Assembly: GCA_963677895.2 (NCBI GenBank)
Contig: CAXXGJ010000025.1
Location: 256,001-320,000, forward strand
Origin: Treponemataceae bacterium
GTDB taxonomy: Bacteria > Spirochaetota > Spirochaetia > Treponematales > Rectinemataceae
Direction of reading: 5' to 3'
DNA length: 64,000 nt
Shown here: positions 39,114 to 49,708 of the stretch, piece after piece
How the letters are laid out: each line of letters opens with the position of its first letter
Numbering within the stretch: position 1 is the stretch's first letter
Made by a program: the position numbers and the translations under genes
Notes under the pieces: generated by a model
What the model saw: the letters and a program-made list of their open reading frames with translations, nothing else
The model's database searches: none
Told to the model about the DNA's origin: nothing

Positions 39114-40115
39114 ATGCCAAAGCTCAAGACGATAAAACTGCCAAAACTGCTTCTATTCGCGGCCGTTCTCTATGCCGCGATTGAAATACTGTATAAAACC
39201 GACCTGATGAACGGCTACATCCTCCATATCATAAATCAGTCGCTCATCTACGTGATTCTCGCGGTCAGCCTCAACCTCATCAACGGCATCACGGGCCAGT
39301 TCTCACTCGGGCACATGGGATTCGCCGGCGTGGGCGCCTATGTATCGGGCACCCTGACGACCCTCATTTTCAAGCTCAGCCCCTCCGCGCCGGGCGGGAT
39401 GCTTGTCTTCATCGCGAGCATCGTCGCGGGCGGCATAGCCGCCGCCATCATCGGTTTTCTCATCGGTTTCCCCTCGCTCAGGCTCAAGGGCGACTATCTG
39501 GCCATCGTCACGCTCGGTTTCGGCGAAATCATCAGGACGGTCTTCAACAACATAGACTACGTCGGCGGACCGCGCGGCCTTCTCGGCATTCCGAAGTTTT
39601 CCAACTTCACCGTGATCTTCGTCGCCGCCTTCCTGACCATCGTCATCATACGCAATCTCATCGAGTCCTCGCACGGAAGGGCAATGCTCTCCATACGCGA
39701 GAATGAGCTGGCCGCCGAACTCGTCGGCATCGATACCACAAAGTACAAGGTCCTGGCCTTCAGCATCGGCGCTTTCTTCGCCGGAATCGCGGGCGGCCTC
39801 TTCGCCCATCTCCTCCAGCTCGCTCATCCCACACAGTTCGGCTTCATCAAATCGGTGGAAGTGCTGATAATGATCTATGCCGGCGGCGTGGGCTCCATCA
39901 CCGGTTCCACGGTCGCCGCCTTCGCCCTCACCTTCCTTTCCGAAGGCCTCAGGCTCGGCATCCGCTTCGTGGCGGACACCACCGGTCTTCCGATCGGCGG
40001 CGAATGGCGAATGGTCATCTACTCGCTGCTGCTCATCTTCATAATGCTCTTCAGAACCGAAGGACTCATGGGAACGAAGGAATCCCGCTTAATAAAAATC
40101 AGGGAGGCCGACTGA
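39114..40115 (+). CDS. livM: BCAA ABC permease LivM
   Basis: GQFSLGH, RLKGDYLAIVTLGFGEII, IRENELAA. Confidence 0.92.
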   Translation: MPKLKTIKLPKLLLFAAVLYAAIEILYKTDLMNGYILHIINQSLIYVILAVSLNLINGITGQFSLGHMGFAGVGAYVSGTLTTLIFKLSPSAPGGMLVFIASIVAGGIAAAIIGFLIGFPSLRLKGDYLAIVTLGFGEIIRTVFNNIDYVGGPRGLLGIPKFSNFTVIFVAAFLTIVIIRNLIESSHGRAMLSIRENELAAELVGIDTTKYKVLAFSIGAFFAGIAGGLFAHLLQLAHPTQFGFIKSVEVLIMIYAGGVGSITGSTVAAFALTFLSEGLRLGIRFVADTTGLPIGGEWRMVIYSLLLIFIMLFRTEGLMGTKESRLIKIREAD

Positions 40116-40885
40116 TGTCCGCCCAGCTCAGCATCCAAGGAATGACACACTACTTCGGCGGACTGCGCGCCGTATCCAATTTCAGCTTCGATGTCCCCCA
40201 GGGAGCCATTTATGGCCTCATCGGCCCCAATGGTTCGGGAAAGACGACGACCTTCAACCTCATCACCGGCATTTACAATCCCACCGAAGGCAAGATCCTC
40301 TTCGAAGGCAAGGATATCACCGGGGAAAAGCCCTATAAGATCGTGCGCAGCGGCATAGCGAGAACCTTCCAGAACCTCAGGATATTCTCGAACCTCACCG
40401 CTCTCGACAATATTCGGATAGCCCGGCACTACACGACGAAATCGGGAATCGCCTCCTCGATCCTCCGTCTTCCTTCCTTCATGAAGGAGGAGAAGACGGT
40501 AAAGCAGGAATCGGCCGCTCTCCTCGACCTGATGCATCTCTCGAGCAGGGCCGACGAGGAGGCCAAGAATCTCCCCTATGGCGAGCTCCGCCGGCTGGAG
40601 ATCGCGCGAGCCCTCGCCACCAAGCCCAAGCTGATCCTTCTGGACGAACCGGCCGCGGGCATGAATCCCAAGGAAGTCGAGGAGCTCATGAGTCTCATCG
40701 TCCGGATTCGCGATGAGTTCAAGGTCACGATCTTCCTCATCGAACACCATATGAAGGTCGTCATGGGCATCTGCGAATACATCAAGGTGATCGACTTCGG
40801 CGAAACCATAGCCGAAGGCATTCCCGATCTCGTCGGCAAGGACCCGAAAGTCCTGGAAGCTTATCTCGGAAAGAGGGGCGCGTAA
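40115..40885 (+). CDS. livG: BCAA ABC ATPase LivG
   Basis: GPNGSGKTT, ARTFQN, LPYG, LLDEPAAG; TGATG start at 40115. Confidence 0.92.
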   Translation: MSAQLSIQGMTHYFGGLRAVSNFSFDVPQGAIYGLIGPNGSGKTTTFNLITGIYNPTEGKILFEGKDITGEKPYKIVRSGIARTFQNLRIFSNLTALDNIRIARHYTTKSGIASSILRLPSFMKEEKTVKQESAALLDLMHLSSRADEEAKNLPYGELRRLEIARALATKPKLILLDEPAAGMNPKEVEELMSLIVRIRDEFKVTIFLIEHHMKVVMGICEYIKVIDFGETIAEGIPDLVGKDPKVLEAYLGKRGA

Positions 40886-41589
40886 TGCTTGTCGTTAAAA
40901 ACCTCAAAGTGAACTATGGTAAGATAGAAGCGATAAAGGATGTATCCTTCGAAGTCCCCGACGGCAAGATCGTCACCCTCATCGGCGCCAACGGCGCGGG
41001 CAAGACCACCACGCTCCGCGCCCTCTCCGGCCTTGAGAAGTGCTCGGGCGGAAGCATCCTCTTCGACGGCAAGGAAATCGCCAACGTGGACGCCCACAAG
41101 CTCGTCCCCTTGGGAATCAGCCATGTCCCCGAAGGCCGCAAGATATTCCCCACCCTGACGGTACGCGAAAACCTCGAGCTGGCCGGATGGACGATCAAGG
41201 ACAAGAAGCTCGTAAAGCAGCGCATGGAGGAAGTCTTCGACATATTCCCGCGCGTGAAGGAAAGGGCCAGCCAGCTGGGCGGGACGCTTTCCGGCGGCGA
41301 GCAGCAGATGCTGGCTGTAGGCAGGGCTCTCGTGACGGGAGGGAAGCTTCTCCTCCTGGATGAGCCTTCGATGGGTCTGGCGCCCGTCCTCGTCGACGAA
41401 ATCTTCGAGCAGATCGTCGCCATCAACAAGCGGGGCACCACCATACTGCTGGTGGAACAGAACGCCGCGGAAGCCCTCGACATAGCCGATTTCGCCTATG
41501 TCCTGGAAGTAGGCTACACGACGATCAGCGGCTCGGCCAAGGATATCGCCGCCGACCCGCGCGTCAGGGAAGCGTACTTGGGAGTATAG
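40885..41589 (+). CDS. livF: BCAA ABC ATPase LivF
   Basis: GANGAGKTT, VPEGR, LSGGEQQM, LLDEPSMGLAP. Confidence 0.93.
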   Translation: MLVVKNLKVNYGKIEAIKDVSFEVPDGKIVTLIGANGAGKTTTLRALSGLEKCSGGSILFDGKEIANVDAHKLVPLGISHVPEGRKIFPTLTVRENLELAGWTIKDKKLVKQRMEEVFDIFPRVKERASQLGGTLSGGEQQMLAVGRALVTGGKLLLLDEPSMGLAPVLVDEIFEQIVAINKRGTTILLVEQNAAEALDIADFAYVLEVGYTTISGSAKDIAADPRVREAYLGV

Positions 41590-41622
41590 AAAAAAGGCCC
41601 CGTGGAATTCCACGGGGCCTTT
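41590..41622. terminator. Terminator shared by liv operon and ribosomal cluster
   Basis: Perfect palindrome AAAGGCCCCGTGGAATTCCACGGGGCCTTT; T6 tail on minus strand. Confidence 0.88.
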
Positions 41623-41640
41623 CAACATAGTATGTTTGGC

Positions 41641-41811
41641 TTATTTCTTGTTGGCGAGGGTTGCTTTGCAGGTTTTGCAGATCTTGGTCTTCTTGCCTTC
41701 GATTTCCTGCTCGTAGAGAACCTTTACGGATTCCCTCTTGCAGATGGGGCAAGTGCCGCGGCCGTGAGCCGGCGTCTCGACAAGGCCTTTCCCTCTATGC
41801 GCTTTGGACAT
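41641..41811 (-). CDS. 56-aa basic Cys4 zinc-ribbon protein, last gene of alpha operon (not in ORF track)
   Basis: AGGAGGA RBS; MSKAHRGKGLVETPAHGRGTCPICKRESVKVLYEQEIEGKKTKICKTCKATLANKK; 16 nt after rplQ, just before terminator. Confidence 0.85.
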   Translation of the reverse strand: MSKAHRGKGLVETPAHGRGTCPICKRESVKVLYEQEIEGKKTKICKTCKATLANKK

Positions 41812-41827
41812 GTTATCCTCCTGGCCT

Positions 41828-42265
41828 TCAGTCGGCTTTCTTGGCGGCTGCTGCCTTGGCTTTCTTTTCGGCCTTGCGCTTTTCGCGTTCCGCCTTCTTG
41901 TCGTCCTCTTTCCTGTCTACCAGCTCGAGGATCACCATATCGGCGCCGTCGTTGGCGCGAGCCCCAATCCTGAGGATCCTGGTGTAGCCGCCGGCCCTAT
42001 CCTTGAAACGGGGGCCGATGTCGGTGAAAAGCTTGGCGAGAATCGCCTCATCGGTGATCTTGCGTCCGATGATCCTGCGATTGTGGACCGAGTCTTCCTT
42101 TGCCCTGGTGATCATCTTTTCGGCGAGACGGCGGGTCTCGATAGCCTTGGCACGGGTGGTCTCGATGCGCTCGTGCTTGAAGAGGACCGTCGCCATATTC
42201 CTGAGAAGGGCTTTTCGGTGGGCCGATACCCTGTTCAGTTTGTTAAACCCGATTTTATGCTTCAT
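41828..42265 (-). CDS. rplQ: 50S ribosomal protein L17
   Basis: [24 protein letters not shown]; charged C-terminal tail. Confidence 0.97.
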   Translation of the reverse strand: MKHKIGFNKLNRVSAHRKALLRNMATVLFKHERIETTRAKAIETRRLAEKMITRAKEDSVHNRRIIGRKITDEAILAKLFTDIGPRFKDRAGGYTRILRIGARANDGADMVILELVDRKEDDKKAEREKRKAEKKAKAAAAKKAD

Positions 42266-43310
42266 CAGTCTCTTCCTTCTTCATGCTGAGTTTTAGATAG
42301 TTTCTCAGGGGCGTGTAATCCGTCATGCCCAGGCTAAGATTCCATTCGCCGAGTTTCGCCTTGATCTCCAGGAGGGATTTCTTGCCGAAATTCCGGGTTT
42401 TGGTGATTTCTTCCTCGGTCTTCCGCGTCAGATCGCCAATGGTTTTGATATTGGCGTTCTTGAGGCAGTTGGAGGATCTCACGGAGAGCTCCAGCTCCTC
42501 GACGGGGGTGTTGAGGATCTGCCGCACCCTTTCTTCTATCTCATCGTTCTGTTCGTCGCCCGAAGCTTCGTCCTCATCGAAATTGATGAAGATCGAGAAA
42601 TGGTCCTTGGCGATCTTGGCCGCCTCGCCGAGAGCGTCCTCGGGGCGGGTAGTGCCGTCGGTCCAGATCTCCAGGTTCAGTTTATCGTAGTCCGAGCGCT
42701 GACCGACCCTGGTGGGTTCGATCGAATACTTTACCTTGGTTACCGGGGTAAAAATCGCGTCCATCGGAATGGTGCCCACGATTTCTATATACCGCTCGTT
42801 GACTTCGGCGGGGACGTAGCCCCTTCCCAAATCAACCTGGATCTCGATATCGAGGTGGACATCCTTATCCAGGGTCGCGATCTTGATCTCGGGATTCAAT
42901 ACCTCTATCGGCTTGTCGGCCGAGAAGAAAGATCCGCGGATCTCCTCGATACCCTGTACCTCGTAGAGGAAAGTGCCCTGTTCCTGGTCGTTGGGCAGGC
43001 GCACTCTCAGCTGCTTGAGGCTGTTCAGGAACTCTATAGTATCTTCCACCACGCCAGGGATGGTCTCGAATTCGCTGGTGACGATATGCTGGGCACCCTC
43101 GTCATCGTAACGCACAATCCTGACCGCGGTGATCGCATAGCCCTGGATGGACGAAAGCAGAATGCGGCGCAGGGTGTTTCCAACCGTTGTTCCATATCCA
43201 GGCTCGAAAGGATAGGCGATGAACTTTCCGTACGACGGCCCTGATTCGCTTTGCTCGTAGGTAATGCCCTTCGGCCTCTTGAAACCCTTGAGAAGGTTCT
43301 TCCGCGCCAT
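42255..43310 (-). CDS. rpoA: RNA polymerase alpha subunit
   Basis: [30 protein letters not shown]. Confidence 0.98.
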   Translation of the reverse strand: MARKNLLKGFKRPKGITYEQSESGPSYGKFIAYPFEPGYGTTVGNTLRRILLSSIQGYAITAVRIVRYDDEGAQHIVTSEFETIPGVVEDTIEFLNSLKQLRVRLPNDQEQGTFLYEVQGIEEIRGSFFSADKPIEVLNPEIKIATLDKDVHLDIEIQVDLGRGYVPAEVNERYIEIVGTIPMDAIFTPVTKVKYSIEPTRVGQRSDYDKLNLEIWTDGTTRPEDALGEAAKIAKDHFSIFINFDEDEASGDEQNDEIEERVRQILNTPVEELELSVRSSNCLKNANIKTIGDLTRKTEEEITKTRNFGKKSLLEIKAKLGEWNLSLGMTDYTPLRNYLKLSMKKEETDEA

Positions 43311-43319
43311 TTCGGCTCC

Positions 43320-43955
43320 TTATTTCGAGTAAAGCTCGACGACGAGCTGCTCGCGAATATCTGCCATATCGGTGATATCCTGGCGATGTGGGTAAGCGAC
43401 AAGGCGGCCGGCCATGTCGTCAGGATTGATCTCGATCCAGGGCATGGTGCCGGACTTGCCGACTTCCTGCAGAGCGTTCTTGATCATATCCAGCTTCTTC
43501 GCCTGTTCAACCACCGAAACCTTGTCCCCTGCTTTTACGGAGAAGGACGAGATGTTGACCCTCTTGCCGTTCACGGCTATATGGCCATGGCTTACGAGCT
43601 GGCGGGCCTGAGCGCGGGAGGTGGCAAGATGCATTCTATAGACCACATTGTCGAGCCTGCGCTCGAGCAATATGAAAAGGTTCTCGCCAGTCTTCCCGGG
43701 CATGGAGAGGGCTTTTTCGAAGGAATTGCGGAACTGCGCTTCCATGAGACCATAGGCTCTCTTGAGCGTCTGCTTCTCGCGGAGCTGAACGGCGTATTCC
43801 GACTTCTTGCCCATCCTGGCTTTCGGGGCCTTCCCGGGGGGGAGGCGTTTGCGGTTCACGGGGCATTTGTCGCTCTTGCAGCGGTCGCCCTTGAGGAAAA
43901 GTTTCTTCTGCTCGGTGCGGCAAAGCCTGCACACGGGTCCAATATAACGTGCCAT
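43320..43955 (-). CDS. rpsD: 30S ribosomal protein S4 (Zn-binding type)
   Basis: MARYIGPVCRLCR, LERRLDNVVYR, ARQLVSHGH, VELYSK. Confidence 0.97.
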   Translation of the reverse strand: MARYIGPVCRLCRTEQKKLFLKGDRCKSDKCPVNRKRLPPGKAPKARMGKKSEYAVQLREKQTLKRAYGLMEAQFRNSFEKALSMPGKTGENLFILLERRLDNVVYRMHLATSRAQARQLVSHGHIAVNGKRVNISSFSVKAGDKVSVVEQAKKLDMIKNALQEVGKSGTMPWIEINPDDMAGRLVAYPHRQDITDMADIREQLVVELYSK

Positions 43956-43974
43956 ATGTTTTTCTAACCCCCTG

Positions 43975-44358
43975 TCAGATACGGCGAGCCTTTCTAGGCC
44001 TGCAACCATTATGGGGAATGGGTGTTACGTCGCTTATGGTTTTCACCTTAAGTCCAAGCGCACCCAACTGACGAATCGCAGATTCGCGTCCGATTCCAGG
44101 GCCCTTCACGAAGACATGGACTTCGCGGAGGCCACTGTTCATGGCTTTCTGCACTACAGTTTCCGCAACAGTCTGAGCGGCAAAGGGGGTAGATTTTTTC
44201 GCCCCTCTGAACTGATGCGTGCCTGAACTGGACCAAGCGATGGTATTGCCATTCAAGTCCGTGATCGTGATGATCGTGTTGTTGAAAGTCGCCTGGATAT
44301 AGACGTTGCCTTCGTAAACACTCTTCTTCTCTTTTCTTTTCTTCGTAGTAACTGCCAC
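43975..44358 (-). CDS. rpsK: 30S ribosomal protein S11
   Basis: [26 protein letters not shown]. Confidence 0.98.
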   Translation of the reverse strand: MAVTTKKRKEKKSVYEGNVYIQATFNNTIITITDLNGNTIAWSSSGTHQFRGAKKSTPFAAQTVAETVVQKAMNSGLREVHVFVKGPGIGRESAIRQLGALGLKVKTISDVTPIPHNGCRPRKARRI

Positions 44359-44374
44359 TTTGGCGCCCCTTTAG

Positions 44375-44746
44375 TTATGCAGCCTTTTTCTTGTTGGCGA
44401 CAGTCTTGCGCTTGCCCTTTCTGGTGCGCGCATTCGTCCTGGTCCTCTGTCCGTTGACAGGAAGTCCCTTCCTGTGCCTTAGGCCACGGTAGCATCCGAT
44501 ATCCATGAGCCGCTTGATGTTGAGGGCGATTTCGGTGCGAAGACGACCTTCGACCTTGAAATCATTCTCTATCACCTTACGAAGCTCGTTGATCTCTTCG
44601 TTCGAAAGCTCATTGATCTTTTTATTGGGATCAATACCGGTGGTTTCGCAAATTTTTCTAGCGCTTGTCCTGCCCAAACCATAAATATATGTTAGGGCAA
44701 TTTCGACATGCTTGTTGGGGAGGTCAATTCCCGCTATACGTGCCAT
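44375..44746 (-). CDS. rpsM: 30S ribosomal protein S13
   Basis: [30 protein letters not shown]. Confidence 0.98.
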   Translation of the reverse strand: MARIAGIDLPNKHVEIALTYIYGLGRTSARKICETTGIDPNKKINELSNEEINELRKVIENDFKVEGRLRTEIALNIKRLMDIGCYRGLRHRKGLPVNGQRTRTNARTRKGKRKTVANKKKAA

Positions 44747-44763
44747 GAGATTCCTCCTGCCCT

Positions 44764-44877
44764 TCAGCCTTGCTTCTGTTTGTGCTTCGGGTTTTCGCAA
44801 ACGATCCTGACAATGCCATTCCTGCGAATGACCTTGCACTTGTCGCATATTTTCTTGACGCTCGTCCTGACCTTCAT
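44764..44877 (-). CDS. rpmJ: 50S ribosomal protein L36 (not in ORF track)
   Basis: [37 protein letters not shown] translated by hand. Confidence 0.97.
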   Translation of the reverse strand: MKVRTSVKKICDKCKVIRRNGIVRIVCENPKHKQKQG

Positions 44878-44942
44878 AGGTTCCCCTTATACGTCCGCGC
44901 AAAGCGCGGTCACGCAATTAAATACCATATTCCAAAAAATTT

Positions 44943-46265
44943 CTACAGGTTCCTGGCCTTGATGTGGCCTTTTCGGACCAGCCCATCATGGTGATGCATC
45001 TTGAGCAGGCCTTCCACCTGGGACATGGTGTCGAGATCGACACCCACCAGGATCAGAAGCGACGTACCTCCGAGAAGGTATGCCAGCTCGCTCGGGAACT
45101 TGAACAGCTGCTGGACCAGGCTCGGTATCAAGGCGATAAGCGCGAGGTACAGCGAGCCGGGCAGGATTATCCTGTTCAATATCCTGGAAAGATACTCTTC
45201 CATCTTCTCGCTTCTGATGCCGGGAATGGAGCCGCCATTCTCGCGGATGTTCTTGGAGATTTCCTGGGGATTCAGCGAAACCTGCGTATAGAAGTAAGCG
45301 AAGAAAATGATCAGCACAACGTAGAGAAGGTTGTACCAAAATCCGCTTGGCCTGAGCCAATAGGAGAAGTCCCTGAGCCACTTGGCCTGCACACCAAAAC
45401 TCTGAGCGATCTGCAGGGGGAATGTAAGAAGGCTCGACGCGAAAATAACTGGAATTACGCCAGACGGATTGATCTTGAAGGGGATGTAGGTGTTCTGCGC
45501 ACCGTACATCTTGCGTCCCACGACACGTTTGGCATAGTTGACCGGAATCTTTCTCTGTCCCTGCTGTTCAAGAACAACGAGGGCCACGATGCCTACGAAC
45601 ATGACGAGGACGACGATCGCGTAGACCGCGTTGAGCTCACCGGCCTGGATCTTCTTTATGAGTTCGAAGCTGGCGTTAGGAAGCCTTGCCACGATGCCCG
45701 CGAAGATCAGGATCGAGATGCCGTTGCCGATACCGCGCTTGGTGATCTGCTCGCCCATCCACACCAGGAACATAGTACCAGTAGTCACCGTCAGGATGGC
45801 GATCAGCGTATAGGCCAGTCTGTTGGACATTACGATGGCGTCCGGTATTCTGTCGGCGTATACCGTACTGGAATAGCCCTGGATCGCGCACACCACGAGG
45901 GTGCCGATCTTGGTCCAGCGAGCTATTTTCTTGCGGCCGCCGTCTTCCTCGGCGATGTTCTTCATCTTCGGGAAGACGATGAGAAGGAGCTGAATGATAA
46001 TCTGCGTACTGATGTAGGGCATGACTCCCATCATGAAGAGGGAGAAGTTCTTGAAAGCGCCGCCCGAGAAAAAGTCCAGATAATCAGTAATTCCGCTCGA
46101 TCCTCCGGCCTGGCTGGCGAAGTAAGACTGAAGCGCGCTGGCATTGATGCCCGGAATGGGCAGGTAAGCGCCGAGTCGAAACACGAACAGCCAGAAAAGT
46201 GTGAATAGTATCCTATCCTTGAGTTCTTTTATCCGGAAAATGTCTGTAAGCGGGTTCCCTGCCAT
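44943..46265 (-). CDS. secY: Preprotein translocase SecY
   Basis: GVMPYIST, GIGNGIS, GVIPVIFA, GGTSLLI. Confidence 0.98.
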   Translation of the reverse strand: MAGNPLTDIFRIKELKDRILFTLFWLFVFRLGAYLPIPGINASALQSYFASQAGGSSGITDYLDFFSGGAFKNFSLFMMGVMPYISTQIIIQLLLIVFPKMKNIAEEDGGRKKIARWTKIGTLVVCAIQGYSSTVYADRIPDAIVMSNRLAYTLIAILTVTTGTMFLVWMGEQITKRGIGNGISILIFAGIVARLPNASFELIKKIQAGELNAVYAIVVLVMFVGIVALVVLEQQGQRKIPVNYAKRVVGRKMYGAQNTYIPFKINPSGVIPVIFASSLLTFPLQIAQSFGVQAKWLRDFSYWLRPSGFWYNLLYVVLIIFFAYFYTQVSLNPQEISKNIRENGGSIPGIRSEKMEEYLSRILNRIILPGSLYLALIALIPSLVQQLFKFPSELAYLLGGTSLLILVGVDLDTMSQVEGLLKMHHHDGLVRKGHIKARNL

Positions 46266-46289
46266 GCATTCCTGCCTTTACCGGAGCCT

Positions 46290-46763
46290 TCAGGCTTCCG
46301 TAGCCGAACCCATTGCCGTGGGTGTTTCGACTTTTCCGCCGGCCGCTTCGATTTTAGCTTTGGCACCGGCTGAGATGGCATCGACGCTTACGTTCAGCGC
46401 GATGGATATGCTTCCGTTGCCGAGCACTTTGATGAGCTGCTCGGGTTTCCTGATAAGGCCTTTCAGCAGAAGGGAAACGGCGTCCACCGTCTCTCCCGCC
46501 GTGAATTTCAGGACCAGATCTTCGATATTGACGATCTGCCATTCCTTCCTGAAAGGATAATTGGAGAACCCGCGGTGAGGAAGCCGCCTGTAGAGAGGCA
46601 TCTGGCCGCCCTCGAAACCGGGATAGGTCTTGCCGCCGGAGCGCGACTGCTGGCCTTTGTTGCCTCGTCCAGCCGTCGTTCCTCTACCGGAACCCGTGCC
46701 TCGCCCAATGATTCTCTTCTTCTTGTTGGCACCTTCCGGCGCGTGGAGCAGATAATCGGACAT
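46290..46763 (-). CDS. rplO: 50S ribosomal protein L15
   Basis: GRGTGSG, GFEGGQMPLYRRLP. Confidence 0.97.
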   Translation of the reverse strand: MSDYLLHAPEGANKKKRIIGRGTGSGRGTTAGRGNKGQQSRSGGKTYPGFEGGQMPLYRRLPHRGFSNYPFRKEWQIVNIEDLVLKFTAGETVDAVSLLLKGLIRKPEQLIKVLGNGSISIALNVSVDAISAGAKAKIEAAGGKVETPTAMGSATEA

Positions 46764-46945
46764 CACTCTACCTCCTTCGCCGAAACGAGATGGTGTACTG
46801 TGTTGACCATGCCGAGTATGGCAGGTGTCGCTTCCTTGATGGTCGAAGACCCGATCTTCCGCAGGCCGAGGGACCTGACGGTTGCCCTCATGACCGGCTT
46901 CTGATGGATGGTGCTTCGAACAAGGGTTATTTGTATCTTTGCCAT
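46763..46945 (-). CDS. rpmD: 50S ribosomal protein L30
   Basis: IQITLVRS, LGLRKIG, ILGMV. Confidence 0.95.
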   Translation of the reverse strand: MAKIQITLVRSTIHQKPVMRATVRSLGLRKIGSSTIKEATPAILGMVNTVHHLVSAKEVE

Positions 46946-46947
46946 GA

Positions 46948-47460
46948 TTAGCCCCACATATCCTTGAGCGATTTACCGCGGTTTTTAGCCACGGTCTTCG
47001 CGTCCAGCAAGTTCTCCGCCCCGTTGAATACGGCGCGGACGATGTTCATCGAGTTTCTGGAACCGATGCACTTGGAAATGACGTCGGTGTAACCCGCCGC
47101 TTCCATGATGGCGCGTACGGGACCGCCCGCGATGACGCCCGAACCGGAAACCGCCGGCTTGATGAGCACTTCGGTCGCCTTGTACTTCCCTACGATCTCG
47201 TGAGGAAGCGTGCCGTTCTTGACGGGCACATGGACGATGGCCCTTTTGGCCTTGTCGACCGACTTGCGGATAGCTTCCGTGACGTCGTTCGCCTTTCCGA
47301 AGCCGAAGCCCACATTGCCCTGGTGATCACCAACCACGGTGAGCGCCGAGAATGAGAAGCGCCTGCCGCCCTTGACGACTTTCGCCGTCCTGTTCAGCTG
47401 GACCAGCTTCTCCGTAAAATTATCGCGTGGCTGCGAGTCTTCTCTTCTGTTTCTGTCCAC
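46948..47460 (-). CDS. rpsE: 30S ribosomal protein S5
   Basis: KVVKGGRRFSF, GVIAGG. Confidence 0.97.
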   Translation of the reverse strand: MDRNRREDSQPRDNFTEKLVQLNRTAKVVKGGRRFSFSALTVVGDHQGNVGFGFGKANDVTEAIRKSVDKAKRAIVHVPVKNGTLPHEIVGKYKATEVLIKPAVSGSGVIAGGPVRAIMEAAGYTDVISKCIGSRNSMNIVRAVFNGAENLLDAKTVAKNRGKSLKDMWG

Positions 47461-47469
47461 GGAAGCCCC

Positions 47470-47835
47470 CTAGAATGTAATCCCGGCTTTGCGGGCACCA
47501 TCGGCAATCGCCTTGATAATCCCGTGATACTTGTAACCATTCCTGTCGAACACGACAGTCTTGATTCCTTTCTCAAGGAGCCTTTTGCCGATTTCCTCGC
47601 CCAGTTTGCCGCCGCCTTCGACGTTCCTCGCGATTTCCTTGAGGGACTTCTCGACGGTGGATGCGCATGCGATGGTGTTTCCGACGGAGTCGTCGATCAC
47701 CTGCACGTACATGTGGACGTTCGACTTGAACACGCTCATGCGCGGCCTTTCCGTTGTTCCGGAAATGGACTTCCGGACCGATACCTTGCGCTTAGCGCGC
47801 TTTCTCAATTTGTCGTCAAGTTCTTTTACGCTCAT
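47470..47835 (-). CDS. rplR: 50S ribosomal protein L18
   Basis: RPRMSVFKS, VFDRNGYKYHG. Confidence 0.97.
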   Translation of the reverse strand: MSVKELDDKLRKRAKRKVSVRKSISGTTERPRMSVFKSNVHMYVQVIDDSVGNTIACASTVEKSLKEIARNVEGGGKLGEEIGKRLLEKGIKTVVFDRNGYKYHGIIKAIADGARKAGITF

Positions 47836-47845
47836 TACCTGCGCC

Positions 47846-48388
47846 TCACTTCACACCGGTCTTTCCGACCTTCCTGCGAATCTTCTCGTCCTCGTACCTG
47901 ATGCCCTTGCCCTTGTAAGGCTCGGGTCTTCTGAGGGACCTCACCTCGCTGGCAAACTTGCCAAGGAGAGCGAAGTCGGCGCCCGCAATGAGCACCTTCT
48001 GGCCGTTCGCCTCGATTGTCACGGAGAGTCCCTGCGGGATCATCACCATGAAATCGTTCGAATAGCCGAGGCTCATGACGAGGAAATTGCCCTGCACTTC
48101 GGCACGGTAGCCGACGCCGTTTACGATCAGGGCTTTCTTGAAGCCCTGGGATACGCCAGTCACCATGTTGTTCAGAAGACTGCGATAGAGACCATGGTAG
48201 GCTCCCGCCTGCTTGGATTCATGCAGCTTCTTGACAATGATGGCGCCATCCTCAACGACGATTTCGACTTCAGGAAGATACTCCTGAGAAAGTTTTCCCT
48301 TCGGCCCCTCTACCGTCACATTGGTGGGAGTAATATTGACTTTAACTCCCTGCGGTATCTGGACCGGCCGTATTCCGATTCTCGACAT
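47846..48388 (-). CDS. rplF: 50S ribosomal protein L6
   Basis: [22 protein letters not shown]. Confidence 0.97.
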   Translation of the reverse strand: MSRIGIRPVQIPQGVKVNITPTNVTVEGPKGKLSQEYLPEVEIVVEDGAIIVKKLHESKQAGAYHGLYRSLLNNMVTGVSQGFKKALIVNGVGYRAEVQGNFLVMSLGYSNDFMVMIPQGLSVTIEANGQKVLIAGADFALLGKFASEVRSLRRPEPYKGKGIRYEDEKIRRKVGKTGVK

Positions 48389-48404
48389 AGCTGTTCCCCT
48401 AGAA

Positions 48405-48803
48405 TTACCAGACCGTGCAGATAAGCTCACCGCCCATCTGCTTCTCGACGGCTTTCCTTCCGGTGATAATTCCGCCGGAAGTGGAAATTATCAGGGTGCC
48501 GTAACCGTTGAAAACACGTGGAAGTTCCTTGTACCCGGAATAGACTCGCCTGCCCGGCTTGGACACTTTGTTCATGCCGTGGAGAACGGGATCATTTCCT
48601 TCATCGTACTTGAGGAATATCCTGATAATGTTGTAGCCGTCAGCTTGAATCTTCTTGAAATTCTTTATATAGCCCTCAGTCTTGAGTATCTTGACGATTT
48701 CAAGCTTGAGTTTGGAGGCCATAATATCGACCTTCTCATGACGGGCCGCACTTGCGTTGCGGATCTTTGTCAGCATGTCCGCGATGGGATCAGAAACGCT
48801 CAT
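48405..48803 (-). CDS. rpsH: 30S ribosomal protein S8
   Basis: [20 protein letters not shown]. Confidence 0.97.
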   Translation of the reverse strand: MSVSDPIADMLTKIRNASAARHEKVDIMASKLKLEIVKILKTEGYIKNFKKIQADGYNIIRIFLKYDEGNDPVLHGMNKVSKPGRRVYSGYKELPRVFNGYGTLIISTSGGIITGRKAVEKQMGGELICTVW

Positions 48804-48812
48804 CGCTACCTC

Positions 48813-48998
48813 CTACCAGCTCGACTTCGTCACGCCCGGAATCTTGCCTTCGGAAGCAAGCTTCCTGAAGCAAATTCGGCACATGTCGAATTTTCTCATA
48901 TAACCCCTAGCTCTTCCACAGATATTGCAGCGTCGAACCAAACGGGTCATGTACTTCGGCTTTTTTTCAGCCTTAAGAATCATCGCCTTACGAGCCAT
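48813..48998 (-). CDS. rpsZ: 30S ribosomal protein S14 type Z
   Basis: 61 aa, RCNICGR...CRICFR. Confidence 0.96.
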   Translation of the reverse strand: MARKAMILKAEKKPKYMTRLVRRCNICGRARGYMRKFDMCRICFRKLASEGKIPGVTKSSW

Positions 48999-49009
48999 GT
49001 ACGCCTTCC

Positions 49010-49708
49010 TTACTTTCTGAAGGGCATGCCCAACATGCCGAGAAGGCTTTTCGCCTCCCTGTCGGTCTTCGCGGTCGTGACGATCGCGATATTGAGTCCC
49101 ATCACCTTTTCGATCTTGTCAAAGTCGATCTCCGGGAAAATAATCTGCTCGTTGAGTCCGAGCGAGTAGTTTCCATGGCCATCGAACGCGTTCGCATTGA
49201 CACCCCTGAAGTCCTTAACGCGAGGAAGCGCGACATTCATGAGTCTGTCGAGGAATTCCCACATATAGGCGCCCCTGAGGGTAACGCGGCAGCCGATTTC
49301 CTGACCCTGCCTGATCTTGAAGTTCGCGATTGCCTTCCTGGCCTTCGTCTTCACGGCATGCTGGCCCGTGATGATTTCCAGATCGGCGACGGCGGCGTCG
49401 AGAATCTTCTTATTCTCCTTCGCTTCGCCGACACCCATCGAGACGATTACCTTGACGACTCGCGGAACCTGCATGAAGGATTCATAGCCCATCTCCTTGA
49501 AGAGTTCGGGAGCTACCTTTTCCTTGTAGATCTTCTTGAGTCTGGGCGGAGTGGCTTTCTCGGTGGTCTTGGGCTCATCCTTGGCTTTGGGCTGGGCCTT
49601 CGCCTTGGCCTTGGCTTCCGCCTTGGCTTTACCTTCGGCCTTGGCTTTGGCTACGTCCTTGGACACGTCCTTGGACGAGGCTTCCGCCTTGTCTTTCTCT
49701 TCAGCCAT
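49010..49708 (-). CDS. rplE: 50S ribosomal protein L5 with Lys/Ala-rich N-terminal extension
   Basis: [25 protein letters not shown]; start TGATG-coupled to rplX stop. Confidence 0.95.
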   Translation of the reverse strand: MAEEKDKAEASSKDVSKDVAKAKAEGKAKAEAKAKAKAQPKAKDEPKTTEKATPPRLKKIYKEKVAPELFKEMGYESFMQVPRVVKVIVSMGVGEAKENKKILDAAVADLEIITGQHAVKTKARKAIANFKIRQGQEIGCRVTLRGAYMWEFLDRLMNVALPRVKDFRGVNANAFDGHGNYSLGLNEQIIFPEIDFDKIEKVMGLNIAIVTTAKTDREAKSLLGMLGMPFRK

